NCBI GenBank assembly: GCA_044356215.1
Contig: JBIKWQ010000014.1
Location: 1 to 50,962, forward strand
Direction of reading: 5' to 3'
DNA: 50,962 nt
Source: Bdellovibrionota bacterium
Lineage (GTDB): Bacteria; Bdellovibrionota_C; UBA2361; OMII01
Below, piece after piece: positions 27,111 through 36,929 of this stretch. Each line of letters opens with the position of its first letter. Position 1 is the stretch's first letter. Both the position numbers and the translations under genes were made by a program. The notes under the pieces were generated by a model. The model was given only the letters and a program-made list of their open reading frames with translations, did no database searches and was not told where the DNA came from.

Positions 27111-29027
27111 TCACACAATCCCTTCTAATAAAGCCCGCCTCTGCTCGTCATCTTTTAGCTCTATCTGACCACACGGCTGGAAATCGAATCTTGGAGCGAT
27201 CTCCTCATGAGCTATAACGGGGACATCCGACCACCTCGTCCGAACGACATCACGTAAGTACGCGCGTGATCGCTTCGATGTCACCAGAGCTATATCTTTA
27301 TTCTCCAGAAGTCGCTCTACCTGATCGCAGATCAGGTCAACTAATTCGCCTGACACGAGAGAGCCACTGTCTTCAGATTTCCCTAGCGCGAGATCGACAA
27401 CTGGCTCAACGACCGCCCCTTTGATGACCCTTCCCCGCGCTACAGACGCGCTTACGACAGGGGCAAGCGCCGCGCGCACCTCCGCTAAGATCTGTCGCTC
27501 TGTTAATTTATTCCCCTGCTCAGCTATCGTCTGCATCACGATATCAAGGTGGCGAGTGGTAATCCCCTCTCGAAGTAACGCTCGCAAAAGAGTGGTAATC
27601 TGAGTCAGGCTCGCTACCGATGGCACGACACCATTAACTAAATCTGGAATCTCGCGCTCCACATAATCTAATGCTCGACGCGTAGTCCCGTCATCGATCA
27701 GCTCAACTCTGTAGAGATCGATCATCCGTCGAGTTTCTATCTCAACCTCGTCCCACAACTCAGACGAAACACCCTTCTCACACCGCACGACCTCCATTCC
27801 ACGAACTAGCACTCTAAAAGCACCTTCTGGTTCGCTCCACAAACCGATCCCCGGGCGCTGCAGGACTAATCCCCACCGTGTAAATGCGTACTCACGCAAA
27901 CTCTCCATCACCTTTGAAACCTGTTCGAGGGGCGGTATCAACGCCACTAAATCCGGCGCCAATTCAATCTGAATCGATTGAGCTAATTTCGGTTCAAATG
28001 GGGCTAAGCTTACTGACGAGGCCTCTGCCTTAATAGGCTCAGGTAAAAATAAAGAAGCTATCAGAGCTATACTTACAGAGAACAGGACCAGATGTGGCAT
28101 CCCTGGCAAACATCCCAGAATAAACGCCGCCGCCCCCACAAAGGTTCTCGCGATCTTAAACTGTCCGATCTGACCAAGGAGATCCCCCGCTAGTGTCGAC
28201 GATTCATCTACTTGTACCCGAGTTACTACAAGTCCAGCCGCGACCGAATTCAGTAGCGAAGGAATCTGCGAGAGCAATCCATCACCGATTGTCAGCACCG
28301 TATATCTGCGAACCGCTACTTCGAGATCTAATTGGTGCACAAGCACGCCAACCGCTAGGCCACCAATTATATTCACCGCGGTAATTACCAACCCCGCTAT
28401 GGCGTCCCCCTTAACGAACTTCATCGCGCCATCTAGAGCCCCGTAAAATCGTGACTCCATCTGAACATCCGCTCTCTTTTTACGAGCTGCCTCTGGATCA
28501 AGGGCACCGCTGCGAATCTCCGCGTCGATCGCCATCTGTTTTCCCGGAAGAGCATCCAAGGTAAAACGTGCGGACACCTCCGCGACTCTCTCCGCCCCCT
28601 TCGCCACTACGATAAACTGAATCAAACTTATCAGTAGGAACAGAACGAAACCAACTACCACGCTGCCTTGAATAACAATTGAGCCAAACGCCTCTACTGC
28701 CTGACCAGCGTGTCCAGAACTGAGAACCGCTCGTGTGGTCGCGATGTTAAGCGAGAGCCGCCACAGCGTCGCCATCAGAAGCAACGACGGCAACGTCGCG
28801 ACTTTCAGTGGATCTCGGATATGAAGAGCGCCGATGACAAGCAGCAAGGCGAAAAGCAGATTAGAGCAGAGGAAGACATCTAAGACCGCACCTGGAAGTG
28901 GAACTATCATGCATCCGACGATCAGCATCAGACCTATCGGTACGATCAGCTCCTTTCCGTTCAGCAAGCTCATTAAGGATATCTCCGTTGGGGAAACCGG
29001 GGCGCCCGGACTTATCAACCCGAGCAC
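27111..29027 (-). CDS. sctV: FHIPEP-family export gate (SctV/FlhA-like)
   Basis: KGAERVAEVSARFTLDALPGKQMAIDAE, FYGALDGAMKFVKGDAIAG, LTIGDGL..QIP; shortened cytoplasmic domain. Confidence 0.93.
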   Translation of the reverse strand: MLGLISPGAPVSPTEISLMSLLNGKELIVPIGLMLIVGCMIVPLPGAVLDVFLCSNLLFALLLVIGALHIRDPLKVATLPSLLLMATLWRLSLNIATTRAVLSSGHAGQAVEAFGSIVIQGSVVVGFVLFLLISLIQFIVVAKGAERVAEVSARFTLDALPGKQMAIDAEIRSGALDPEAARKKRADVQMESRFYGALDGAMKFVKGDAIAGLVITAVNIIGGLAVGVLVHQLDLEVAVRRYTVLTIGDGLLSQIPSLLNSVAAGLVVTRVQVDESSTLAGDLLGQIGQFKIARTFVGAAAFILGCLPGMPHLVLFSVSIALIASLFLPEPIKAEASSVSLAPFEPKLAQSIQIELAPDLVALIPPLEQVSKVMESLREYAFTRWGLVLQRPGIGLWSEPEGAFRVLVRGMEVVRCEKGVSSELWDEVEIETRRMIDLYRVELIDDGTTRRALDYVEREIPDLVNGVVPSVASLTQITTLLRALLREGITTRHLDIVMQTIAEQGNKLTERQILAEVRAALAPVVSASVARGRVIKGAVVEPVVDLALGKSEDSGSLVSGELVDLICDQVERLLENKDIALVTSKRSRAYLRDVVRTRWSDVPVIAHEEIAPRFDFQPCGQIELKDDEQRRALLEGIV

Positions 29028-29047
29028 CCATTTCTCACGTTATATGA

Positions 29048-29353
29048 CTATCCAACGCGCATATTTCTAATCGGCGCCATCTCAGTCTCATGTTGGGATT
29101 TAGATACGTTTGAGGCCATCGAAATGATCTGCATCTCACGCTGAATCTGAATCTGCATATTAAGAAGCTGAGTTAACTCAGCGCTGTTACTACCCAGCAT
29201 TGATCCCACGGCGTCCATGCCTGTATCAACGACTGCCTCTCCCCACTGCGCCAAGGAACTGCGAGGCTCTGGTAATGCTCTGGCGAGTACGGATCCTCCA
29301 ATATTAAGGCCAAGCCCAGTTAACATCGGTGTAATAGATATTGGTGAAGACAT
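29048..29353 (-). CDS. Small T3SS filament/rod-like protein (SctF/SctI/HrpA-like)
   Basis: 101 aa, GGAGG RBS; C-terminal helical hairpin LL.MQ..IQRE....SMASNVSKSQHETEMAPIRNMR resembling T3SS needle/rod/pilin ends. Confidence 0.6.
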   Translation of the reverse strand: MSSPISITPMLTGLGLNIGGSVLARALPEPRSSLAQWGEAVVDTGMDAVGSMLGSNSAELTQLLNMQIQIQREMQIISMASNVSKSQHETEMAPIRNMRVG

Positions 29354-29378
29354 CTTGATTCCTCCAAATAAATAGAAA

Positions 29379-29406
29379 TTATCGGGACACTGTAAGTAGA
29401 AGTTGC
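29379..29406 (-). promoter_or_regulatory. Sigma28-like internal promoter for the filament-like gene
   Basis: GCAAC-N15-CCCGATAA on the minus strand (7/8 match to GCCGATAA). Confidence 0.6.
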
Positions 29407-29434
29407 TGGATAGAAAGTCTCCTACGGAGACCAA

Positions 29435-29462
29435 ACAAAACATCGCCCAAGCGAGGTTTTGT
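29435..29462. repeat. Hairpin family D (ACAAAACATCGC-N4-GCGAGGTTTTGT), copy 1
   Basis: Identical arms recur at 45849-45876; only the loop differs. Confidence 0.85.
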
Positions 29463-29471
29463 CTCGCTTCT

Positions 29472-30290
29472 CTAATAGATCTCCAGAATCCTCACAGACA
29501 AACGATTATCTATCTGGTTGATCTCCCCGGTAGCTAAGGTTGTGGCGCCAATTCGTAGCGCGCACTTAAAAGGCATCTGTGCATCCAGCTCTATTCGACT
29601 CCCCGAGCGCAGTGCAGCTAGCTGAGAGAGAGAAAGCTCTATCTCTCCCAGATTTAGTTGAACCATAACTGAGTCACTCATTGAATTCATCTCGTTTGAC
29701 TGTTCCATAGATATTACTCCTTCGCTTGAAAATAAAAATCTAGCGGCTATTTGCTGCTCCTGGCACAAGACTACAAGCTCCGGCAGATCAACGGCCGCCC
29801 CTACATGGATCGATCTAGACCAAGAGATAAGAGCGTAAAGAGGCAGCCTGACCATTCTATAAATTTCCGGTTGCGTGATATTCAATAAAGATTGGGCCCC
29901 ATCATTCAAAGCTATAAATATCTCACTGTTATCGGACATTAACCGGTAAGAGCTCCATGAAGACGGGTAATTATCAACCAAGTGAAGCCGCAGATCGTCG
30001 CTACTATTTTCATCAAGGAAACACGCGATGGATTTGGCGTTGCGCACAAAGGCCAGCTTCTCGTTAAGTAATGAGCATTGGCCGTTTGAGTGTTTTATAT
30101 TTAGCGCAAAGCCCCACGTTTCCTGGCCGAACAACATCCACTTCGACGTAAAATTACCAACCGGATCATCCACTCGATCCACTCGTTGAACTGGTGCTGA
30201 GCCACCTATCGTCTCGATCAATACCTCAGCCAACCGAACCGCATTCGCAGCCTGAGAAAGCTCGTGCTTATTGGAAACGACAAGCATCAT
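29472..30290 (-). CDS. SctQ/FliM-FliN-like sorting-platform protein (C-terminal SpoA domain)
   Basis: VQLNLGEIELSLSQL..LRSGSRIEL..ATGEI..ID.RLSVRILE; ATGA overlap with the upstream gene. Confidence 0.8.
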   Translation of the reverse strand: MMLVVSNKHELSQAANAVRLAEVLIETIGGSAPVQRVDRVDDPVGNFTSKWMLFGQETWGFALNIKHSNGQCSLLNEKLAFVRNAKSIACFLDENSSDDLRLHLVDNYPSSWSSYRLMSDNSEIFIALNDGAQSLLNITQPEIYRMVRLPLYALISWSRSIHVGAAVDLPELVVLCQEQQIAARFLFSSEGVISMEQSNEMNSMSDSVMVQLNLGEIELSLSQLAALRSGSRIELDAQMPFKCALRIGATTLATGEINQIDNRLSVRILEIY

Positions 30291-30670
30291 GCCCCCAGGT
30301 CCTTGCACTCGTCGTCACTCATCCTAGCGATAGCCAGGCACACTGTCGAAGCCTCTAGCGGTCCGAGCTCCTCGAGCCGCTTAGTTTCCCGAATTACGCG
30401 CTCATCCAATATCGGCTCAAGCCTCAATCGAGTGGGATCGATACCTTCTAAAAAACAAGCAGCGGTGAGCCAGTGCGAGCCCGCGTATTCATCCGCGCGA
30501 TGATCAAGCTTGCCTAAGTCCTCATCCTTGGGCGGCAGATTCAACACCGAACTTCGCGAGCTCTCCCACTCTTCACTGGTAGGGACAATCCTAGCCCGGG
30601 TTAAAGACAGCTGAATACGGGTTATGAGTGCTCCTACGAATCCTTTATATGGCGCCATTTCAGACCTCAT
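30287..30670 (-). CDS. Hypothetical protein in the SctK position
   Basis: Lies between sctJ and sctQ, with a 1-nt gap on one side and an ATGA overlap on the other. Confidence 0.6.
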   Translation of the reverse strand: MRSEMAPYKGFVGALITRIQLSLTRARIVPTSEEWESSRSSVLNLPPKDEDLGKLDHRADEYAGSHWLTAACFLEGIDPTRLRLEPILDERVIRETKRLEELGPLEASTVCLAIARMSDDECKDLGA

Positions 30671-30671
30671 T

Positions 30672-31553
30672 CTAATCCTCTGACACCATTCCCGCTGGAA
30701 GCGAGAACACAACCCTCTTGTGTCGGAACCTCAAGATCCAGAAGCTAAATACACAAACGACTAAAGCGGCCAGGGCTGCAATCTCTGTCGTATACCGGCC
30801 GAGCGTTGGATCAATACTAGTTAAAGGCACGGACACGGCGGCGCTGCTCACTGACGGCTGCGCCACTATTACAGGTTGCCCCAACACAGGCTCGGCCGAA
30901 GACCCCGCCGCCTGACTTCTAAGTACTGAAACCTTACCTGCTGGAATCCCAGCGGCTCCACTGACAAGGGCCGCGATCTCATCATCTTTAGCGAACAGGG
31001 ATGAATCTGTGACTAGTAAAACCGAACCTGAACCTAGATTCTCTTTGCGAGTTCCAAAGAGCGGATCGCTCTCTGGTAGATTCAAATGCACACGTGCCTC
31101 TAACACGCCACGCATCGCCGCTAAACTCTCCTCTATAGAGAGGGCGACCGCGCGCTCATACCTGAATCTTTGTTCTTCTCGGCTTGGCACGAAGCCACTT
31201 TTATTCCCAGCTCCCGCGCCTGTTTGTCGCGGCGAAAGCACCCTGGTTGAATCCAGGAAATTCAATGATGGTACTACCGAATCCTTAGAAACAGAGATCG
31301 ACCACCGACCGTCTGATTGAATCACTTTTTTGGCTCGGAGATTCCCTGAACTGAGACGACTGAGCACCCGGTTAGCATCCTGCTCAGTAAGATCGTGCAG
31401 TATCGTCTCATCGCACCCGGTCAAGAAAGTCGCTAGAAAAATTGCTAGTAGTACACCCTTCGCCCTGTTGACCTCATTTAACTTTTTACTATGCCGCCAG
31501 GTCGGGCGCCACTTTCTGAATTTTCTGCCGTAACATATCAATCGCTTTATCAT
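30672..31553 (-). CDS. sctJ: SctJ/YscJ inner-membrane ring lipoprotein
   Basis: Lipobox LTGC, L.EQDAN, FVPSREEQRFRY, GVLEARVHL, LVSGAAGI, C-terminal TM; start codon uncertain. Confidence 0.88.
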   Translation of the reverse strand: MIKRLICYGRKFRKWRPTWRHSKKLNEVNRAKGVLLAIFLATFLTGCDETILHDLTEQDANRVLSRLSSGNLRAKKVIQSDGRWSISVSKDSVVPSLNFLDSTRVLSPRQTGAGAGNKSGFVPSREEQRFRYERAVALSIEESLAAMRGVLEARVHLNLPESDPLFGTRKENLGSGSVLLVTDSSLFAKDDEIAALVSGAAGIPAGKVSVLRSQAAGSSAEPVLGQPVIVAQPSVSSAAVSVPLTSIDPTLGRYTTEIAALAALVVCVFSFWILRFRHKRVVFSLPAGMVSED

Positions 31554-32319
31554 GCAACCTCGATACCCAAGACTTTGATAGACCAGCGAACTGCTCCGCG
31601 ACCTCAACAAACTTGCGGTCATGGAAATAATGCTGCTCTATAATTATTCGCTCTTTCTCGGGTAAAGTTGCCACTAATTCTCTTATTCTCTCGGAGCGCC
31701 GCTTTTTTTGAAGATTACTCTCTGGGTCAAATCTCTCTCTCTCGGCGATCCGCGCCTCCTCTTCCCCGTCGTACCCGAGCAGTTTAAAAGCGACCGCGAC
31801 TCTCTCTAGGTACTCCAGACCTTCCTTCGCCACTTTATCCTTGGTATCAGAACCAGTTCCTCGCGCGCCCCCTCTTCTAGTTAACTGATCTTCACGTAGC
31901 ATCTGCGCGGCCTCTAATGCGCGCAGTCGTCGATATGCTCGCGGGCTAAGCTCACAGGTTGACCGGACATAATCGATCACCGCTCCCCGTATTCTCAAGA
32001 AGGCAAAAGTTTTAAATTTCTCACCTCTCTCTGGATCGAAACGCCCGGCGGCTTCCACAAGTCCAAATAAACCCGCGGAGAGAAACTCCTCTCGCATCGC
32101 TCCCGGAAGCTGCATTGTTCGCATCAGCCCGTAAACGACGGTACTAACATAATCGTAGTACTCCTCTACAAGCGCATCGCGATCACCGGGAGCGGTTACT
32201 GATATATTGTCTGGCTTACTGCTTGGGCAGCCGACATCATCGCCTGACGCTACACTTCTTCCACTTACCTTTGACATCAAAGCCCTCCCCACGATTATGC
32301 TTAAAATTGGGACCGACAT
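31489..32319 (-). CDS. FliA/WhiG-family (sigma28-like) RNA polymerase sigma factor
   Basis: GLVEAAGRFDPERG.KFKTFA..RIRGAVID; LPEKER.II..Y; SKSWVSRLH. Confidence 0.92.
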   Translation of the reverse strand: MSVPILSIIVGRALMSKVSGRSVASGDDVGCPSSKPDNISVTAPGDRDALVEEYYDYVSTVVYGLMRTMQLPGAMREEFLSAGLFGLVEAAGRFDPERGEKFKTFAFLRIRGAVIDYVRSTCELSPRAYRRLRALEAAQMLREDQLTRRGGARGTGSDTKDKVAKEGLEYLERVAVAFKLLGYDGEEEARIAERERFDPESNLQKKRRSERIRELVATLPEKERIIIEQHYFHDRKFVEVAEQFAGLSKSWVSRLHDKAIDMLRQKIQKVAPDLAA

Positions 32320-32372
32320 ACTGCAGGTCCCCTATCATCCCGTGTTTACATCCCCGCGTTCACACTCGAAAC

Positions 32373-32400
32373 CAATCGATAGATCGTTAAAAAAAGTTGC
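32373..32400 (-). promoter_or_regulatory. Sigma28-like (possibly autoregulatory) promoter upstream of the sigma gene
   Basis: GCAAC-N15-ATCGATTG; same GCAACTT -35 and spacing as at 29379-29406. Confidence 0.45.
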
Positions 32401-32617
32401 GTAATTACTCTCCTGATTTTTGGATTGTTGCATTCATAGCATCGCTGAATCGGCTATTTTATCAATTTCGCTGCGCATTCTTGCATAACGGCGCCGAATT
32501 AAAACAAGTTTTTCGTGCCTCAGAGCCGGCATTTGAGGTCGGTCGAAAGCTTGAATCTTATCCCCTGATAAGCTACCGTTTCTCTTAATTTTTCAGCTTT
32601 ACCGGACATTCGCTGTT

Positions 32618-33601
32618 ATGACCTTTCCGATATCCCGCCCTCGTAGACTGCGCAGAAACCCAGCCATACGCGACATGGTTCGTGAGACCAGGGTTGAGGT
32701 TGCGAATTTAGTAGCTCCCCTCTTTGTTACTCCAGGCAGTGGGGTTAAGAACGAGGTCAAATCGATGCCTGGCCAATACCAGATGAGTGTCGATGTGACC
32801 GCTCGCAAAGTGGCCGATCTTCAGGAGCTAGGGATTAGGTCAGTGATCCTTTTTGCGATCCCCGAATCGAAGGATGAGATAGGTTCTTCCGCATGGGATC
32901 CATGCGGGGTTATTCCAAGCGCGATTAAGGCGATCAAGAAAACAACTCCAGAGATGTTAGTAACCACTGACCTGTGCTTCTGTGAGTATACCAGTCATGG
33001 ACACTGCGGAGTGATGAAGGATGGTGAGTTGTTAAACGACCCAACCCTGGAAAATCTACTTAAGCAAGCGCTTGTTCACGCTGAGGCAGGAGCTGACATA
33101 ATCGCGCCTAGCGGTATGATTGACGGAATGATCCGCACCCTACGACAGGGGCTCGATGATCATGGATTCGAGCAGCTTCCACTGATGAGCTACGCGGTTA
33201 AATACGCGTCCGCGTTTTACGGACCATTTCGCGACGCGGTACAATCCGCTCCTGAGTATGGCGACCGGAAAAGCTATCAGATGGATCCGGCCAACCGCGC
33301 TGAGGCTCTACGAGAGGCCGCGCTTGATGTCGAAGAGGGCGCTGATATGCTGATGGTGAAACCAGCTTTGGCGTTTTTAGATATAATCAGAGAGGTGAAA
33401 GACACCTTTGGGCTACCGACCGCCGCTTATAATGTAAGTGGCGAGTACGTGATGGTTATGGCTGCCGCGCGGAACGGATGGATCGACGAGCGAAGGATTA
33501 TGGTAGAGATTCTCACCAGCATTAAGCGCGCTGGAGCTGATATAATCCTCACCTACTTCGCTGAGGCTTTTGCTAAAATGAGGAAGCAGGGGCTAGCCTA
33601 A
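32618..33601 (+). CDS. hemB: Porphobilinogen synthase
   Basis: RPRRLR, DLCFCEYTSHGHCG, FYGPFRDA, MVKP, YNVSGEY. Confidence 0.97.
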   Translation: MTFPISRPRRLRRNPAIRDMVRETRVEVANLVAPLFVTPGSGVKNEVKSMPGQYQMSVDVTARKVADLQELGIRSVILFAIPESKDEIGSSAWDPCGVIPSAIKAIKKTTPEMLVTTDLCFCEYTSHGHCGVMKDGELLNDPTLENLLKQALVHAEAGADIIAPSGMIDGMIRTLRQGLDDHGFEQLPLMSYAVKYASAFYGPFRDAVQSAPEYGDRKSYQMDPANRAEALREAALDVEEGADMLMVKPALAFLDIIREVKDTFGLPTAAYNVSGEYVMVMAAARNGWIDERRIMVEILTSIKRAGADIILTYFAEAFAKMRKQGLA

Positions 33602-34218
33602 GGAAGGCCGGCCAATCCAAACTCACCTAAGCCGCTCATTAAATCACGGGGCTCTCGATACAACCTTGCGTGCCATCCAAGTTTTAGAGCCGCGTTGACG
33701 TTTTCCTCTCTATCGTCAAAAAAGAGAATCTCGCTGCCTGAGACACCCAAGTGCTTGGCTACCTCAATATAGATCTGCGCGCCTGGCTTCGCATGGCCGA
33801 CTATCTGTGAGGCGAAACGACGATCGAACTCACCCATAAACGAGTAACTACTTAAGAGCCGGTCCCAGTGAATTGAGTTGGTATTTGATAGACACCCTAT
33901 TTTTATTCGGTTCCGCAGATTCGGCAGAATATCTGCGGTTGAGTGTATAACGTCTCCCAGCTCCGCGTTAAGCGATTCGACTATCGCAAGCTCCGCTAGG
34001 TTAGTACCGAGCGCGTGGTTAATCTCTTGAGTAATCTGTTTGGGCAGATACTCTTTCGTTATAAAATCCGAATTAATTGGAACTTCGCGCAAAAGCGCCT
34101 CCCTGATTAATTCTACTGAACGCCCAGATTTGTGAGCTAAGCTAGCGAAAATTCGAGCTTGATCGACCTCCACTAGCACTCCTCCCAGATCAAAAAGGAC
34201 CCACTCAACTCTCTTCAT
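33598..34218 (-). CDS. HAD-family phosphatase (YihX-like)
   Basis: FDLGGVL, LSNTN, KP, FFDD. Confidence 0.9.
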   Translation of the reverse strand: MKRVEWVLFDLGGVLVEVDQARIFASLAHKSGRSVELIREALLREVPINSDFITKEYLPKQITQEINHALGTNLAELAIVESLNAELGDVIHSTADILPNLRNRIKIGCLSNTNSIHWDRLLSSYSFMGEFDRRFASQIVGHAKPGAQIYIEVAKHLGVSGSEILFFDDREENVNAALKLGWHARLYREPRDLMSGLGEFGLAGLP

Positions 34219-34251
34219 CCGCTGTACCCATCCGTCAAAATAGGTTATAAA

Positions 34252-35370
34252 ATGAGCACACTTTTAAAGGATCTTAAAAAGATGCAAAACGATTCCTGCT
34301 GCTCTCGACCAAATTCGTGCGCCTCAACAGATAGTCATAATCACGCCTTTAGCGCCTCCTGCGCAACTGGTGTTAAAGCAGAAAGCGCTCACCCTGAGAT
34401 CCGCCACAACTGGACTCAGGAGGAGGCGATGGCGCTTTATGCCCTCCCCTTTCCCGACCTTATCTTCCAGGCACAAACGATCCACAGAAAATTCTTTAAT
34501 CCACTCGAGATTCAGCGCTCAACTCTCTTGTCAGTGAAAACAGGAGGCTGCCCAGAAGACTGCGCCTACTGCCCACAATCAGCTCACTATCAAACCGGTG
34601 TAGAGCGTCACGGTGTATTACCAGTGGACGTCGTCAAGTCGAAGGCCCTACAAGCTAAGGATTCAGGCTCCACTCGTTTCTGCATGGGAGCCGCGTGGCG
34701 TGAGGTTAAAGATGGAAAAGATTTCGACGCGATTCTAGAACTTGTTCGTGAAGTACGTGGTCTTGGAATGGAAGTCTGCTGCACCCTAGGAATGTTGACT
34801 CCATCTCAGGCAGAGCGCCTTAAGGAAGCCGGTTGTTATGCGTACAACCATAACCTCGACACCTCACCTGAGTATTATGGTGAGATTATCTCAACTCGTA
34901 CGTATGAGGATCGCTTAAAGACACTTGAGAATGTACGTCAGGCCGGTATGACCGTTTGCTGCGGCGGAATAGTTGGCATGGGAGAGGGACCGAAGGACCG
35001 CGTTGGGCTGTTAGCGCAGCTCGCCAATCAAGCGGTTCATCCAGAGAGCGTGCCGATCAATATGCTGGTGAAAGTTGAGGGAACCCCGCTTTCAAAAGAG
35101 GAGCAGGTGGATCCGATCGAATTTGTTCGTATGATCGCGACCGCGCGAGTCATGATGCCACGCTCAACGGTACGACTATCAGCGGGACGCATGGAGATGT
35201 CCGATGAGATGCAGGCGTTGTGCTTTGTAGCTGGAGCGAACTCAGTGTTCGCTGGTGAGAAGTTATTAACAACACCAAACCCAGGCGATAATCACGATAA
35301 TAAGCTGCTCAAGAGATTGGGCATGCGCTATATGGAGACAGGCTCCTGCAACCACGAGGTGGCGGCATAA
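34252..35370 (+). CDS. bioB: Biotin synthase
   Basis: [38 protein letters not shown]. Confidence 0.97.
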   Translation: MSTLLKDLKKMQNDSCCSRPNSCASTDSHNHAFSASCATGVKAESAHPEIRHNWTQEEAMALYALPFPDLIFQAQTIHRKFFNPLEIQRSTLLSVKTGGCPEDCAYCPQSAHYQTGVERHGVLPVDVVKSKALQAKDSGSTRFCMGAAWREVKDGKDFDAILELVREVRGLGMEVCCTLGMLTPSQAERLKEAGCYAYNHNLDTSPEYYGEIISTRTYEDRLKTLENVRQAGMTVCCGGIVGMGEGPKDRVGLLAQLANQAVHPESVPINMLVKVEGTPLSKEEQVDPIEFVRMIATARVMMPRSTVRLSAGRMEMSDEMQALCFVAGANSVFAGEKLLTTPNPGDNHDNKLLKRLGMRYMETGSCNHEVAA

Positions 35371-35382
35371 CTGGACGCTTAG

Positions 35383-36186
35383 CTATTGGCGCGGAAGTCT
35401 TCCTATCAACTGGTGCCTTTTTGTTCCTGGTAACCATCGCTCTGAATTTATATCTAGGCCACCTCGTCGCGTATAAAAGCACCCAACCCACAGGGATTCT
35501 GGGGCACACGCGCCGATTACGTCACTAAAGATACGCTCGCAGCACTCTTCATGAAAACCTTGGTAACTGCGATGAGCTGTGAGGTAGGTCATAAGTGAAT
35601 CGCGATCAAGGCGTTGGCCACGATACTTGATCACTAAAGTTCCCCAATCAGGCTGTGATGTGACCGGGCAGAGCGAACGCAACAAATTAGAGTATAATGT
35701 CTCTTCTACAATCTCGAGTCCCGACCTGAGCTGCGTGGAGAGATCTTTGTTTACCACTCTATCGTCTATGGAATCACCGAGATAATTTACGATTCCCATT
35801 TTCATCCATTCGTCGGGCAGAGCCACAGTGACTGAAACACTCTCGCTTTTTAGAACTTGGGAGAGCTCTCGGATGATAACAGACTCTACCTCGCTCTTGC
35901 TTTCATAGCGGGTAAAATTCATGCTCCCTAAAAACAGTTTTAAGCTCTTCGATTCCACCAGACACGGAGTGTCTGCCGGATACTCGATCGTAGCGATTCC
36001 AACCTTCGGCGTACCATCAGAATCTAGCCACGACATCTCATAACAGGTCCAACGATCCACTCCTTCAAACGGCAAACTGCCTTTGATACCGATCCGAACG
36101 CGGGCCTCGGCGCGGTCTATGGGGAATAGAAGTTTCGGATCAAACTCGGCACTGTACGGGACTGTCTTGCCTAACGGGTTACTCAT
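35383..36186 (-). CDS. queF: NADPH-dependent preQ0 reductase (bimodular QueF)
   Basis: VESKSLKL, SLCPVTSQPDW, FHE, YTRRGGLDIN. Confidence 0.95.
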   Translation of the reverse strand: MSNPLGKTVPYSAEFDPKLLFPIDRAEARVRIGIKGSLPFEGVDRWTCYEMSWLDSDGTPKVGIATIEYPADTPCLVESKSLKLFLGSMNFTRYESKSEVESVIIRELSQVLKSESVSVTVALPDEWMKMGIVNYLGDSIDDRVVNKDLSTQLRSGLEIVEETLYSNLLRSLCPVTSQPDWGTLVIKYRGQRLDRDSLMTYLTAHRSYQGFHEECCERIFSDVIGACAPESLWVGCFYTRRGGLDINSERWLPGTKRHQLIGRLPRQ

Positions 36187-36350
36187 GCGTTCTAGATTAG
36201 CTTCAACTCAGCCACGAAGAAACCCATGCTATTTTAGTAAGTTGCAGCGCATATCTGGGCCGCATCAGCATCTAATAACCATATGGCAGTAGGTGTGCAT
36301 AGGCATTCAATTAACTATATAAGAGCTTGATATTACTCGCTAATTATATT

Positions 36351-36378
36351 TTAAGTTATTCGTGATTTTGGCCGATTA
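36351..36378 (+). promoter_or_regulatory. Sigma28-like promoter upstream of the Tad pseudopilin operon
   Basis: TTAAG-N15-GCCGATTA. Confidence 0.65.
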
Positions 36379-36407
36379 AGCAAGTGGAGTGGTGCGTAAC
36401 TAATATT

Positions 36408-36929
36408 ATGTGTTCGGACAGCAAAAAAAATCAGTGTTCTACTGAAGCTGGCGCTGTAGTGGTTGAGGCCGCCGTAGTGCTACCGTTTTTTCTTATTGTT
36501 ATGTTCATTACTGTTAACGTGATGATCTTCTGCTTTCACATGTTGCGCTTTCAATACGAAGTAGCCGATATAACTAGGCAAACTTTTATTCTTAATGGCG
36601 AGAGCAGGGCCTCGGTGACAGAAGCTACCACCTCCCCAACTTGGAGGGACTTCCTAGTTAGTCAGATCAATTCACGCGCAGCGGACATCGGTATTAACAC
36701 ACCTGAACCCGCCTCATCATCAGGTACTGAGGTCTCGTTTTCACCCACCAGACTAAGCGGCTGCCAAGCCTGGAACTGCGCCGCATCAGCCGAAAGCGGC
36801 GACATCTTTACGATATCGATAACAATTAAGGAACCTGTTTTCGGAGCAAAGCTAGCTGGTATATCATGGCAAGAGATCGCGGTAAAACTGAAGGCTATCG
36901 CGTTCGTTCAACAGCCGGAGAGTGAATGA
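36408..36929 (+). CDS. TadE/TadG-family pseudopilin
   Basis: Prepilin motif G|AVVVEAAVVLP followed by a TM helix; start may be 36384. Confidence 0.85.
   Translation: MCSDSKKNQCSTEAGAVVVEAAVVLPFFLIVMFITVNVMIFCFHMLRFQYEVADITRQTFILNGESRASVTEATTSPTWRDFLVSQINSRAADIGINTPEPASSSGTEVSFSPTRLSGCQAWNCAASAESGDIFTISITIKEPVFGAKLAGISWQEIAVKLKAIAFVQQPESE

Noticed and set aside
26410..32319. Flagellar operon interpretation (flhA, fliM, fliF, fliA)
   Set aside because: The ring protein is a short lipoprotein of SctJ type, and there are no flg, fliG, mot or flagellin genes in the window.
36284..36299. TGGCAG-N5-GTGCA sigma54-like site upstream of the Tad operon
   Set aside because: GG-N10-GC spacing is right but the -12 box is weaker; the sigma28-like site nearer the start fits better. 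Left uncalled.
36187..36350. preQ1 riboswitch upstream of queF
   Set aside because: No GGUUC-stem and A-rich pseudoknot tail pattern visible on the minus strand.
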